A stretch of 64,000 nucleotides of DNA, the filler included, from Octopus bimaculoides (taxonomy: Eukaryota), in assembly GCF_001194135.2 (NCBI RefSeq). It is 7 parts of 7 records of this genome, joined end to end, with 100 filler letters (N's around TTAATTAATTAA, not from the genome) between each part and the next. Parts side by side here need not be neighbours in the genome. Positions count along the whole stretch, not along the records: positions 1 to 26,149 come from NC_068987.1; positions 26,250 to 46,219 come from NC_069002.1; 5 more parts are not named here. One strand, written 5' to 3'. Numbering within the stretch: the first letter of the stretch is position 1; each line of letters starts with the position of its first letter. Positions 23,517 to 37,289 of the stretch are shown here, piece by piece. Below the pieces are notes generated by a model that was not told the origin of the DNA, made no database searches, and was given only the letters and a program-made list of their open reading frames with translations. A program made the position numbers and the translations under genes.

Positions 23517-26057
23517 TATACACACATATATTTGTGTGTGTACGTATGTATTTGAAAATGTACTTACTTTAGCATTTAAATTTAGTTGGGTTATTGTTAT
23601 AATAGAATTTTATAAATGCAATAGCAATTGGATGATATTATTCGTAACTAATTAATCATTGCTAATTACTATTTCATACTAAATTATTTAGCAAACTGAA
23701 GTCATTGCATCATTCTTTAACAAAGATTAGAATGTCTAAGAATTGTAATACACTTATTCCGATGAAGTTTCCAATCAATGGGAAGGCTGTGACTGATGTT
23801 CCTTTCAGAAATTCTTTAACACTCATGAGTCTGCTTGAAGTGGTACAATGCAGGTCATATTCGGCAACTACAATATTATCGCGTTTTAATTTATAAAATA
23901 GCTGAAATATCTAGTGAAAGATATGGTGACACAAATGTCAGTGATGACTGCATTTTTGCTTCATTTAGGTGGAAATCACTCATGAGAAATAAAATTTGCA
24001 TGTCTGATTTCAAGTGTAACGTATCTCTTGCACTCTAATAAATTCTCAGCTCTAGAAATATATTTTGAGATTCACCAGGAAAATTTCAGCTGACAGCTTA
24101 AAAGACTTTCACACTAAATCCATCTACATATCAGTGAAATCAGTAAAATATAGGTTGAATAAATTTTCTCGACTGTCAAATGCTGCAAATTTTCATTCTT
24201 TGCAAATTTCAGGAAGTATAGAGAATGGATAACAGCTTCTCAAACAGTAAGACATTTATGATTTTGACATTTCTCTTATTTTCTAGTTTACTCACGACAG
24301 TTTGAATAATCAACTGAAATTATGATGTATGTATTTTTTACTGGCATCTGCAGATTCAATTTCTTCACCTACTAGAAAAAGCAATTAAATGGCAATGCTG
24401 TATGATCTATTCCTTATCATCCAGCAAAGCAAAACATTCCATTTTGCCTTATACTTCAATATATATTTTGATCACCTCTCTTTTTTGCTTTTACGTAAAA
24501 GCCGTCGCTCAGTGGTGACAAAATTGACATTTCGTATGTGTCAGTTGATTGAAAATCCTTAGGTTAAATGTCCCTGAAATGACAATAGTTACATTGTATA
24601 TTATTTATTCCGATAGCTCTCCAGTTGATGCTGCAAGATGTTTTGAGGTCGATGGAAGGTTTTTCACTCAATCTCAAAATATGCATTTTAATGGCGTTCT
24701 AACTCTAATTCAAATGTATTGGACTACTCATACTGATTTTATCTCACAACGTATGTTCGTATTCCATACAAAGGAAGCCTGTTTTAGCGAAAAATGTGGA
24801 GGTTGTTTCACGAGAACAAATAAGAATTTCTCCTTTTATGAAGCAACCAAAACGGTAAAAAATATCAGTTACGGGAAAAAATAGCGCCTCATTCGCCTAC
24901 TTTTTATGTTAGATAGAAAATACACAAAATTATTTACATTTAATCAATGCTTGATGTCAAAGGACTTTTCGATGTTGCTTCTTTCTACAGTATAATTGAT
25001 TATGAAACTAACGAAAGCTTTTTTCCAATACAATTTCCAATAAATATTTGCAACTGTATGCGTTGCCTTATTTTCTGCTAGTCTGTTAACTAAGCTGCAG
25101 AAATAAGAAGCATTTACAAACATATTGCTTCCTGAATGAATTCTAGGAACAAATAGAATAAATTAAAATTCATCTCTTAGAGAACGTTTCTATTAGGTAC
25201 AAAACAGATTTGCCCTTAGTTTTGGATATTCTACTCAAATTGCTTTGACAATCTAGGGTTCAAGGAATCGTATGTAAAATATTTTATCGCGTATAATGAT
25301 ACGTTTGAAAATATATTGAAAATATCAGTGATTGCAACAACACTTTTTCACAAGTATTATGGTTCTATAATCCATTAGTAAAACACCAAATATAATATTA
25401 AATTGAATATTTCCACAAAAATTAGAATACTTGCCTTAATAATTCATTTTAGTAGTGACTTACTATAGACGTTATTGAATACAACGTACTAAACATACAA
25501 ATTTGAATACTACGTTTTGTGGATTGTTGGGTCAAATAATCATTTCAATGACTAATATTCTTGGCACTAGAGGATTTCCTGGCAGGAAGAGCACCCTTAT
25601 GTAGAAGCTGCCCCATATCTAAATTGTTTCATGTGAATTAAGCAGCAACAATTAGAAAATTAAGGAAAGAAATCTGAAATTTAAGAAAATAATTCTAATA
25701 TTGAATAAGTCTCCAAAAACAATTGCTTGAAAAATGTCCATTTAATATTATTAACAAATTTTGAAAGCCTCAATGGTATATCACGTGTGCTTTAGCGTGA
25801 AGGCTAAAGCAAACATTAAAAATTTAGATTGTGTGCATTAGCAGTATTATTTTCTAAATTCATATCATTACGTACAACTGTCGGTTGGAATTATATTGAT
25901 TATAAAGAGTATAATTATAATGCAGACATATATAGATGTATGCAAAGACAGAAAAAATAACCCTGTATTTTTCAATGGCATAATAAAGAATGAAAATTTG
26001 TAGACATCAAAATTCAACTGATTACTATTTTTTCAATACATATTCAGTAATCCATCC

Positions 26058-26115
<58 letters not shown>

Positions 26116-26149
26116 CTATGTATATATATATATATATATATGTGTGTAT

Positions 26150-26249
26150 NNNNNNNNNNNNNNNNNNNNNNNNNNNNNNNNNNNNNNNNNNNNTTAATTA
26201 ATTAANNNNNNNNNNNNNNNNNNNNNNNNNNNNNNNNNNNNNNNNNNNN
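26150..26249. other. Artificial scaffold join: 44 N + TTAATTAATTAA + 44 N
   Basis: The identical 100-bp construct also occurs at 46220-46319, 53531-53630, 57765-57864, 60878-60977 and 62844-62943. Confidence 0.95.
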
Positions 26250-26398
26250 GCTACACCAGTCATAGGGTATGACTCCTTCGTGTATCACCTGGTTCGTAAT
26301 ACGGGTGACTAGGCTATAGCCAACACTGCCAGATATTTTGAGCATCTCTGCAGTGATTCCTGATGGGCCGGGGGCTTTCCCGGTCTTCATACTCTTAT
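26250..26398 (-). mobile_element. RTE (BovB-like) LINE fragment, start of RT region
   Basis: IRSMKTGKAPGPSGITAEMLK..VIHEGVIPYDWCS matches the K.GKAPG.DGI..E.LK..IP.DW motif; cut by an assembly join. Confidence 0.85.
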
Positions 26399-26489
26399 AT
26401 ATATATACAAAAACTCAACTGTGAGTTTTTGGCTAAGACTGTTAACAGATACTATATATTTTGTAAAATTTGTTTTATAAAAGTATATA

Positions 26490-26538
<49 letters not shown>

Positions 26539-27580
26539 CTAAATGTACATACATGCAATAACACACACATGAATATCTACAGACAATTATATATATGAAG
26601 TCTTTGATATTTGTGTTATTGTATGCATGTTCATTTATATACATACATACATGTAGACACACACACACACATCTATATGTATATAACTACAGCCAAGCAC
26701 ACACACACGAAGATTTAACTATCTATGGGGCATTGTGAGCCTATGCATATCCTGTGAATGTACGTTGAAGTCTTCACATGCAGATGGCAGAATTTCAAGA
26801 TTTACAAGAGGTTAAACACGGGGAGGTGCACATGTGCAAACAACAATGGCAGCAGCAGCAGCAGTAGCAGCATGTAGCAATGTTTCTCAGGGGTTGTAAG
26901 ATCATGGAGTATTGATTCAGCCACTGGAGCTACACACACACACACACACACACAATACATATATGATTTATAAATGCAAACACCAACATACATAAACATA
27001 CACAAGTAATATTCACATGTGTTCTAGTTGTTTCAACAAATAAGCACTACTCACACCTTGACTGAGCATGCAAGTAGATGTACATTATACAGATACGTGT
27101 ATCTTCAACAGAATTCTTGAACAGAATCACCATGACATGTATTTGAAATAAATACAGAAGAGCAGCAGTACGACAAGCTTCCACATAGTTTCTGCTGACT
27201 CAGTGTACACACAAAGCTTCAGCCAGATAGAAAATATGGTGAAAGGTAGTTGCTAAGCATGCCATGCAGTAGGAGTGAATCCAGGAACTTGTGATTAAAG
27301 GAAAGAACTTCTCAACCATGAGGCCATGTGTGGATGTGCACACAACAAAACATTAAGCGTAATCAAATCAATCTATGAAGATTCCATGCAGCAACGTAAA
27401 ATCCAGTTACTTTGGATGAATCCAGTTACTTTGAAGTTTTCATAGCACGTAGTCAGTTCTTCAGATAAGTTAACACAGGGTGGAAAAATATATGGAATCG
27501 TTTTTTTGGATTTTGGGGATGGAGTCAGTAGAAGAGATGAAAGAGAGGAGAAAGGATGTGTATGACAGTGGACACATACT

Positions 27581-27895
27581 GGCACTCCACCAGTTACAGT
27601 TACAATGATGAGGGTTCCAGCTGATCTGATGAACAGAACAGCCTGCTCATGGAATTAACAAGCATGTGGCTGAGCACTACCATTAATGTAGTTCTCATGA
27701 ATATTCAGTATGACACAGAATGTGACAAGGTTGGCTCTTTGAATTACAGATACACTTTATTTTTTTGCTTGCTTGAGTGGACTGGGGCAATGTGAAATAA
27801 GGTATTTTGCTCAAGGGCACAGCATGCTGCCAGGAATTGAACTCATGATCTTACAGTAGTGAGCCAATTACTTTAACTCACTAAGTCATGTGCTT
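27581..27895 (-). mobile_element. tRNA-derived SINE family 3, old and CpG-decayed
   Basis: tRNA-like head at the right end (GAATTGAACTCATGATC), CORE-like TTGCTCAAGG; homologous to 41970-42155. Confidence 0.75.
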
Positions 27896-28099
27896 TCATA
27901 CAGATACAGACACATATATGCACAGAATTACACACCTACATACACTTACTCTACTCTACACAGAGATATGAATGCATATAATCACATACACCAGCCTATG
28001 AAGGAGAGAAAAGGTGGCAGAACAGGGATCTTAGGCAAAAGCTCACATAAAACTTACATAGCAGCCAACACATATACAGCTGTGCATTTAGAGACACTA

Positions 28100-28390
28100 T
28101 AGCACGATGACCGAGCTGAAGGTTACTGTGAAGACCATATTTGGCCAACCAATATGTAGTCATGACATTTGCAGACCATTTACAAATTTTGAAAGATAGA
28201 AAAATTGATTATAACTTCAAATGGAAAAGTGTTCAAGAAACCAACGGTCTATGTAGACAGAGCTTAGAAGTGCAGATTGTTTTAACAGAGAGTACAAATT
28301 CTACAAGGCTTAAAAGCCTCTAATGTCTGTCTCAACTATAACAATGAAATTTTTACAAGATGTCCTCACATGGAGAGATACATAATTCTC
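28100..28390 (+). mobile_element. 3' fragment of a Hydra-like PLE endonuclease
   Basis: DHLQILKDRKIDYNFKWKSVQETNGLCRQSLE resembles the S.HIW.LKD....Y.IKW.I......C.LCL.E tail also seen in PLE1. Confidence 0.55.
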
Positions 28391-29056
28391 TGTTTTGATA
28401 CTTCCTGCATTTTGCGTTTTTGTCAGCTTCCTCATTTAAAACCTTTATCCCTTATCTCTCTCACAGCATTCTGATAACCTTTATACCTACAAACTTTGCT
28501 AATCCACTACCACCAAAACCTTGTAAATAGATTTGGAAAATAGCGAAAGCACACATATATATATATATAGTACACACACAATATATAGGTGTGTGTGTGT
28601 GTGTCTCTCTCTCACTTCATTTTGACATTGTGCAGTAGTTTTAAACAAGTGCCATTGTCATATAAGTCTTTCATTTTTCAAACAGCCATGAAAACATCCA
28701 GGGATGGAAAATATTATCTTGCTTAGAAACAGATCAGAGTTGCCAATAGGAAAAATGTTCAGCAGTAAAAAGTATACAGCAACAGATTCCAGCTGATCCA
28801 TGCAAGCACAGAAAGGAGGATGTTAAAACTATGATGGCATGCTTATAAGCATACACATACAAATATATATTACAGGCACACACACGTATATACATAGATA
28901 CACAAGTATATGATATAGAAGATGGAAAGAAGTTGTAATATTGCCTGTGGGATTTGAACACTGCATCTGGTACAACTCTACAACCCTTGGCCACCTAAAT
29001 TTATACACAATGACATACTAGTGATCTGTCAACAGGGAACTCAGTTCGCACAGAAT

Positions 29057-29119
<63 letters not shown>

Positions 29120-29194
29120 GCATGCAAGCACATCAGTGACATATACATGCATAGACACACATCACATATTCACCATACATACACTAAATGCAAG

Positions 29195-29246
<52 letters not shown>

Positions 29247-29564
29247 ATATATATATATAAACATATATATATATACACACACACACACACAAATATACAT
29301 GCATGTATATATGTGTGTGTGTGTGTGTATATGCATACAAGCACACCAGTGACATATACATGCATAGACACACATATATTCACCATACATACGCTAAATG
29401 CAAGCTATATATAAACATATATATACATGCACACAGTTATATATTTACTGCTATATATGTTTCTACACACGCACACACATACCAGTAAATATGAAAAATT
29501 CGTGGAAAACAAAGAGACAGAGACAAGAAAATATTTGAAAAACCTGAGTATTTATGTACATGCA

Positions 29565-29611
<47 letters not shown>

Positions 29612-29762
29612 TACATGCTCATTGTGCGTGATCGTATGTGTGTGCCTACTGGGAGATCATAGAAAATAAAAATAACCAGGAAAGTGAAAAATCTGGAAAG
29701 GAGAAAAAGCTAAAATATAAAAAAAAAAAAAAGTTGAAACAAATTTGTAAATATGTGTATGC

Positions 29763-29795
<33 letters not shown>

Positions 29796-29968
29796 CACAC
29801 AGATGCACGCATACACATTACAGTGTCACAAATATGTAAACACACACATGCATGCATATACATACATACATGTGTGCATGTGTATGCATATATGCACATG
29901 CAAACACGAATGCGTTGAAAAAGTTGGAACTTGTTCCAGAAATAGAGGAAGGAATCTATTATTGAGCA

Positions 29969-30016
<48 letters not shown>

Positions 30017-30084
30017 TATGTGGGTGTAACATTATTCATCAGTCGGAATAAACTGTGAAAGAAGTCACAGAGAAACAGTAGATT

Positions 30085-30140
<56 letters not shown>

Positions 30141-30400
30141 CATACACACACCACGTATATGTATTAGTATGCATGTATGTTTGGATGTGTGTATGGATGA
30201 GTTCCAGATAGAGGAAGTTGAGGAGGTGGAAGGTCTGTAGATCATTAGTCAGTGACTGCTTGTATTTGTGAAACACAGTATTTATATGAATGCCTATGCG
30301 ATACACAACATCTATATGTATATATATGTGTGATATAACGTGTTTATGCACGTGTGTGATATAGTATGTTTCATGTATGTATATGTTATTATGTAGTTTG

Positions 30401-30432
<32 letters not shown>

Positions 30433-31122
30433 ACATAGTGCATTTATAAATGTGTGTATTTATAAATGTGGTGTGTTTATATATATGTATGTATAAGTGA
30501 AATACTATTCAGATGTATACTTGATAACTGTGTATATATATGCATGAAACAGATTGCGTATATGAATGTGTGATCGAAACAAGTGTTTATATATATGTGT
30601 GATGCAATATGTTCCTATGTATATGTGTGTGTGATACAGTATGTTTATACGCAGGCAATACAGTGTGTGTGTGTGTGTGTGTGTGTGTGTCCATATACAT
30701 CTGTCTCTCTTTATAATGTATGTGTTTGTGTGGAAGTCAGTCTGTTTGTGTGGGACTATGTGTGCCAGTATGTGTGACTGCTTGTTTTGCACACCACTGT
30801 GTGTATGCATGCATGTGTGTGTGTGTGTGTGTGTGTGGTCACACACGTGCCTGCCTGTCTGTGTAAAACAATGGGCCTATATCTGTGCGCGCGTGTGTGT
30901 GTGTGTGTGTGTGTAACTATGTAACAACTAATGTACCTATGTCAGTGTGTTTGCCCTGTATACCTGTGTGTGCGTGTGTGTGTGTGTTCACAGTGTGTGC
31001 ATCAACACACACAGGTAGCGTGTAGATACGTAAGAACACACACATGCAAATACACACATATGAGGTAATGATGGTGGTGATCAAAATTATTCTAGTTAAA
31101 TTGTAATTGTATAATAAAGTTG

Positions 31123-31159
<37 letters not shown>

Positions 31160-31160
31160 A

Positions 31161-31203
<43 letters not shown>

Positions 31204-31399
31204 CTATTTCAATTCTTTGGTCAGTTAATGATAAAAGTGCATTTTATATATATGTATAAATGTGCATGCACATACACCCAAATGCACTCACACACACATA
31301 CATACATGCACACATACAGTGTGCACTTGTACAGTGCGGACAGACTGGCAGACTGACATAGAGCAAAAACTTGGCAGCGCCAAATTCTTCTGGCTCCTT

Positions 31400-31719
31400 C
31401 TCACCACTACCACCACTACCACTACTACCACCACTATTTTTCAGGTCTACCCCGTCACCGCCACCACCATCTTCTTAAAGGTTCTTTTCCTCATCATTAC
31501 CACCACTACTGCTGCCATCAGCAGCAGCAGCACCACCACCACCACCACCATTACTAGCTGTGGTCTTCTTCTTCTTCTTCTTCCCTCCACCACAGTTGTC
31601 TTAGGACTCCACTGACATCCACCACTACCACCACCACTCGCACTCTTCTACTCTTATAAAGCAGCAATCACTTCAATGAAGCTAAAACTGCTCAATTCAG
31701 AATGGCTGAGTCTGTTGAA

Positions 31720-31751
<32 letters not shown>

Positions 31752-32420
31752 CGAGAGAGAGAGAGAGAGGGGGGAATGAGAAAGCGAAGGGTGTTATAGT
31801 TGAGAGATAGAGAGGGAGAGAGAGTAATCTGACTGGTCTGAAACCACTGGAGTAAGAGAAGGAGGGAGTAATACAGATAATAACGATGGAAGTCTTATGG
31901 GTGATGATGGTGATGGTGGTGGTGGTGGTGATAGTGGCAATGTTAATGATTGTGGTGGTGGTGGTGATGGTTGTGGTGCTGGTGGTATATTGATGAAGGT
32001 GTGACGGTGGTGGTGCTGGCGATGGTGTACTGATAACGGTGTGGTGATGGTGGCATTGCTGATGTGTGATGGTGGTGGTGATAATGCTGCTGGTGGAAAT
32101 TGTTTTTGTGTTTGTGATGGAGTGTGGTGGCGGTGGTGGTGGTACTTGTAAAGGAGGTTTGAAGCCATGACGATGATGGTGGAGTCAGCGATGGTAGTGC
32201 AGATAGTGGTGGTATTGGTGGTAGTCTTGGTAATGGTAATGGAGATGGTGGTGGTGGTGGTGGTGGTGGTGGTGTTGTTGTGGAGATAGCAGCAGCAGTG
32301 GTGGTAATATTAGAGTGGTGGAGGTGATGTTTATAGTGTTTGGTATTGATGGTGGAGAGAGTGGTGGGTGTGGTGATGATACTGGTGGAGGAGGCGGTGG
32401 CAGTGGTTTATGATTAATGG
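31400..32420. repeat. Compound trinucleotide low-complexity block: (CAC/CTA)n, (GA)n, (GGT/GAT)n
   Basis: Directly visible in the sequence. Confidence 0.9.
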
Positions 32421-33202
32421 TGGCTGTGGAGTGCTGGGTAAAAATCTCGAGTGAAAGTCGAGTGAGAGTGCTTGCAGAGGAGAAAAAAGAAACAGTGCAA
32501 TGCAATTTAGTAAATGAATATGGAGAGAGGAGAGAGGGGGGGAAACAGAGAGAGAAAGAGAGAGTATAAGAAATGTGAAGATATAGATGATCAATAAAGG
32601 AAGAGGTTATAAGGAGAGAGAAGTGGGGAGGGAAGAGAGAGCAGGCAAAATGGTGGAGTGGTTTCTAATATAACATGATGTGTTGTTAGTGTGTGTGCCA
32701 GCAGTGTTGTGAAGGTGTGTGTGTGTCTGCACACACCACACATCATCATCCATTCTGTTTAGTTAGTAGTTCCCTTAGTCACTGGGGAAACCAAGTGTGT
32801 GTCAGTCAAACTGAATATGGAAGGACCAAGGAAAAATAAAAGAGAGAGGCTTACTCTATCTCTTTCACTACCTCACTCCCACTCTTTATTCCTCTTTCTA
32901 TTTCTCTCTCTATTTCTCTTTCGGAATAAATTGAAGATGAGGAGAAAGAAAGAGAGAGTTATGAATAGAACGAGAGAAGTAGAAAGAACAGAAAAATGCC
33001 ATGCCAAGCCAAGTGGCTGCTGCTGCTGCTGCCGCTGCTGTCAGCCTTCATTCTGCCTGTATGGCCAAGGCTTTTTATTTACCTCAGCTTATTTGCAAGA
33101 GGGCAAGGCTTTACGTAGACTTCCAAAATGGCAGCCGTCAACATTTTCAACTTGGGTCAACAAACAGTTGAAATTTAAGGGATGACTCACCGTGTTTCAT
33201 AT

Positions 33203-33246
<44 letters not shown>

Positions 33247-33408
33247 ATATCTATCTATAACTATAAATCTTCGCATATTTATGTGCGTTTATACATACAT
33301 GAATTTGCTCATATACACACACGTAACATACATAAGTGCACACATACATGTGTATCTACCTTTCTTTCTCTCTCTCCCTCTATATCTATATATAATCATG
33401 CTTGTGTG

Positions 33409-33459
<51 letters not shown>

Positions 33460-33544
33460 NNNNNNNNNNNNNNNNNNNNNNNNNNNNNNNNNNNNNNNNN
33501 NNNNNNNNNNNNNNNNNNNNNNNNNNNNNNNNNNNNNNNNNNNN

Positions 33545-33583
<39 letters not shown>

Positions 33584-33649
33584 CACATTCACAATTTCTA
33601 TAGTCTTATGTGATTATACACATGTCATCCATATATGTATTTCTATATT

Positions 33650-33680
<31 letters not shown>

Positions 33681-34350
33681 CACACACAAACATTTATATT
33701 TGTATCATGTACATATATTTATATACATGTATAAAATTCTTTACAACCATTTTCCAATATACAATATATACACAAATACACACGCTATAAAACCATAGTC
33801 AAGTAGATTCTAATACTAAAAGCGAGTTAGGGCATATAGAACCCTAGAGTGTAACAAAACCAATTCAACTTAAAGTTAAATGAAATGAAATTTTTATGAA
33901 ATTCAAGAAATTATAATTCCAAGTAAATAAATTATAGTATTCATTCTGTGTGTATGTGTGTGTGTGCATTAATAGCAGAAACAAGCCAATATTACAACAC
34001 ACACACACACTCTCTCTCAATCATGTGTTCACGAAACACACATTCACATTTACTACTACAACATATACATATACTTTACCATTGTATAGACACATACACA
34101 CACATATTTAGTGGGAATTAAGCGAACACATATATACATACACGGCATAGATTTGTAGACATAGGCAAAAACATAGAGTACAGATGCTAGTGTGTGTTTG
34201 TGAGTACTGACTACCAGAAGTTCAATGTAGCTATACTCCAGTTAGGAGGGAGAAACTGATTATTACAAATGTATTGTCTTTACATAGTATTCAACACACA
34301 CACATACACAAAATAAATATATATACACACACAGACACACACAGAAAGAG

Positions 34351-34960
34351 TCAAGGGGGTGCTGAAAAGTTCCTGGCTTTAAGGGTATTGTGAAAGGCCT
34401 GGTCGGAGGCCCAACCTTCCAAGTTCTTTTACAGGGCTTAGAAAAATTGAAGGACTGCTGCAATAAGTGTGTGTGAATCTGAGAGGGGAATATCATCATC
34501 ATCATCATCATCATCGTTTAATGTCCACTTTCCATGCTAGCATGGGTTGGACGATTTGACTGAAGACTGGCGAACCACATGGCTATACCAGGCTCCAATC
34601 TGATCTGGCAGAGTTTCTACAGCTGGATGCCCTTCCTAACGCCAACCACTCCGAGAGTGTAGTGGGTCCATTTTATGTGCCACCGGCACGACGTCCAGTC
34701 CGGTGGTACTGGCAACGGCCACGCTCAAATTGTGTTTTTTACATACCACCTGTGCAGGAGTCAGTCCAATGTTTTGTTCACATGCCACCGGCACAAGTGC
34801 CAGTAAAGCGAAGCTGGAAACGATCACGCTCAAATGATGCTTTTTACGTGCCACCATTACGGAAACGAGACCGCTGCTCTGGCAGTGATCCCGCTCGGAT
34901 GGTGCTGTTAGCGCTCCACTGGCACGGGTGCCACTTGAGTAAAATCATAACTAACTGACT
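34351..34960. mobile_element. Mariner-derived MITE split by an RTE-type SINE
   Basis: Left arm AGGGGGTGCTGAAAAGTTCCTGG..AATAAGTGTGTG..GAGAGGGGAATAT (mariner TIR + KC....GEY-like end) stops at 34492 and resumes as TTGAGTAAAATCATAACTAACTGA at ~34935. Confidence 0.6.
34493..34934 (-). mobile_element. RTE-related SINE/bipartite element (family 4) with (GAT)n tail and internal GTGCCACC modules
   Basis: (CAT)n-CGTTTAATGTCCACTTTCCATGCTAGCATGG (RTE-type 3' end), CTGGATGCCCTTCCTAACGCCAACC (RTE 5'-UTR-like), repeated TTTTA.GTGCCACC modules. Confidence 0.75.
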
Positions 34961-34963
34961 TGC

Positions 34964-35060
34964 GCAAGAGCCAGGGCAAGAGTCTTGTGCAAGAACCAGG
35001 ATAAGAGTCTTGTGCAAGAGCTAAGGCAAGAGTCTTGTGCAAGAGCCAGGAGCCAACTAA
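34964..35060 (+). repeat. 25-bp minisatellite, ~3.5 units
   Basis: GCAAGAGCCAGGGCAAGAGTCTTGT-like units start at 34964, 34989, 35014 and 35039. Confidence 0.9.
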
Positions 35061-35856
35061 AGTCTTGTGAGTGAATTTTGGAGATGGGAGCTGCAGGAAG
35101 TCTGCCATGTATATGTGTGTTCACTTTTACACACTGCTCAAAATTGCTCAACAATACAGTTATGCTCATGTCCATATACAGAGATGCCATCATCATTAAC
35201 AGGAGGTATATAATGTTGGAATGCTCATGACTAAACATAACTTTAACGACATGTTATACACACAAACAAACAAACAAACACACCCACAATAGGCTTCCTG
35301 GTTGTTGAGATATGAAAAGTGTCATATTTATATAATGAACATTTTTCTCTCCCCAACTCACACATATCATCATCATCATATCTGACTGAAACAAGTAAAA
35401 GAGTAAAAGGGTAATATATACATAGATATATATATACACACACATACAAACATACATAAGCATACATATTTATATATATACACACACACACATTTATATA
35501 TGTACATATTTATATACATAGACATACATATATATATATATATGATAGATACATACATATACATACAACTTAGATTTTGACCAGTGGGTAGGCTATGCCT
35601 AATCTCATAGCACACAGAGTTGTGTACAAACGTGCGTAACACACAGACAGACAACTGTATGTTGATGTATAGAATAGTTCACTGTTTCTGCTATCTGGAG
35701 CAGATAAAACATATGCCGGTACCTGTAATGTAGTGAAGGTCAGAAAACCTTCTATAAGCTCCACCCATGACAATTAAAAATATCTTGCCATGTTCCAGAG
35801 TGAGCAGTCACTATCACACATTCACACACATACATAGACACAAACAAACAAACACA

Positions 35857-35909
<53 letters not shown>

Positions 35910-35944
35910 TGTATACAAACATATACACACACACAAATATATCT

Positions 35945-36344
35945 CCTTTACTTGTTTCAGTCATTTGACTGTGGCCATGCTGAAGCACCGCCTTTAGTCG
36001 AGCAAACCGACCCCAGGACTTATTCTTTGGAAGCCTAATACTTATTCTATCAGTACCTTTCGCCGAACTGCTAAGTTACGGGTACGTAAACACACCAGCG
36101 TCAGTTGTCAAGCGATGGTGGGGGGGGACAAACACAGACACACAAACATAAACACACATACATATATATGTATATATATATACGACGGGCTTCTTTCAGT
36201 TTCCGTCTACCAAATCCACTCACAAGGCTTTGGTTGGTCCAAGGCTATAGTAGAAGACACTTGCCCAAGGTGTCAGCAGTGAGACTGAACCCAGAACCAT
36301 GTGGTTGGTAAGCAAGCTACTTACCACACAGCCACTCCTGTGCC
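35945..36344 (-). mobile_element. SINE family 1, full-length
   Basis: Reverse complement of 40134-40515 along its whole length. Confidence 0.9.
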
Positions 36345-36515
36345 TATATATATCAACATATCTCTACACGATCATATATAGATACAAATATATATATATA
36401 AACACACACACAAAAATATCTATACACACACATATATACACACAAGCATACATATATAAATATATATATACACACACACACATGCATGTACATATATATA
36501 CATATATATATATGA

Positions 36516-36577
<62 letters not shown>

Positions 36578-36888
36578 CACACACACACATATATATATAC
36601 ACACATACATATACACATACATATATGCATACATGCATTAGCTTATGGTTGTCCAACAGATCAGACGATGGCTGTCTTGTCTCTGTTTTGTGGATTCTTT
36701 GATCAATACACATAAACACAGACTGCACACAGAAACAGAGATACACACACACACACATACTGGCTACAATGTTTTATGACAATTTGTTTAGGAACACAGT
36801 TCATTTGTGTGTATGTCTGTGTATTGTATGTGTTTATACAGAAATTAATACACAAACATGTGTATGCCTATCCATATATATTTGATGT

Positions 36889-36949
<61 letters not shown>

Positions 36950-37289
36950 GTGCGTGTGTGTGTATGGATACTAGATTTCTCTCTGAACTAGAGATAAAGA
37001 CCATATATGCTTTAGAGGGTGGGTGGTATGTGATCTTGAGATATTCATGCCTTGCCATAAAACAATTAGCTGCAATAGAGAACATGCATCAACATGAAAT
37101 CAATACCACCACCACCACCACATGCAAAATGTGCAAGATTCTACTGCACCACCAGATGCACTTCTGTATTCCCAAGCTGCATGCATCACTGTCTTCTGGG
37201 AATCTAGAATAGTGTTTAAATGCAACATCAATTTTGCTTTGTAGTTTCTTGGGTTATTTTCACCGATTTGCTTGCTGTATGATAAATTT

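Noticed and set aside
32799-33185. 128-aa ORF with CCCCCRCC as a metallothionein-like gene
   Set aside because: The Cys run is a (GCT)n tract and the N-terminal half is (CT)/(GA) low complexity.
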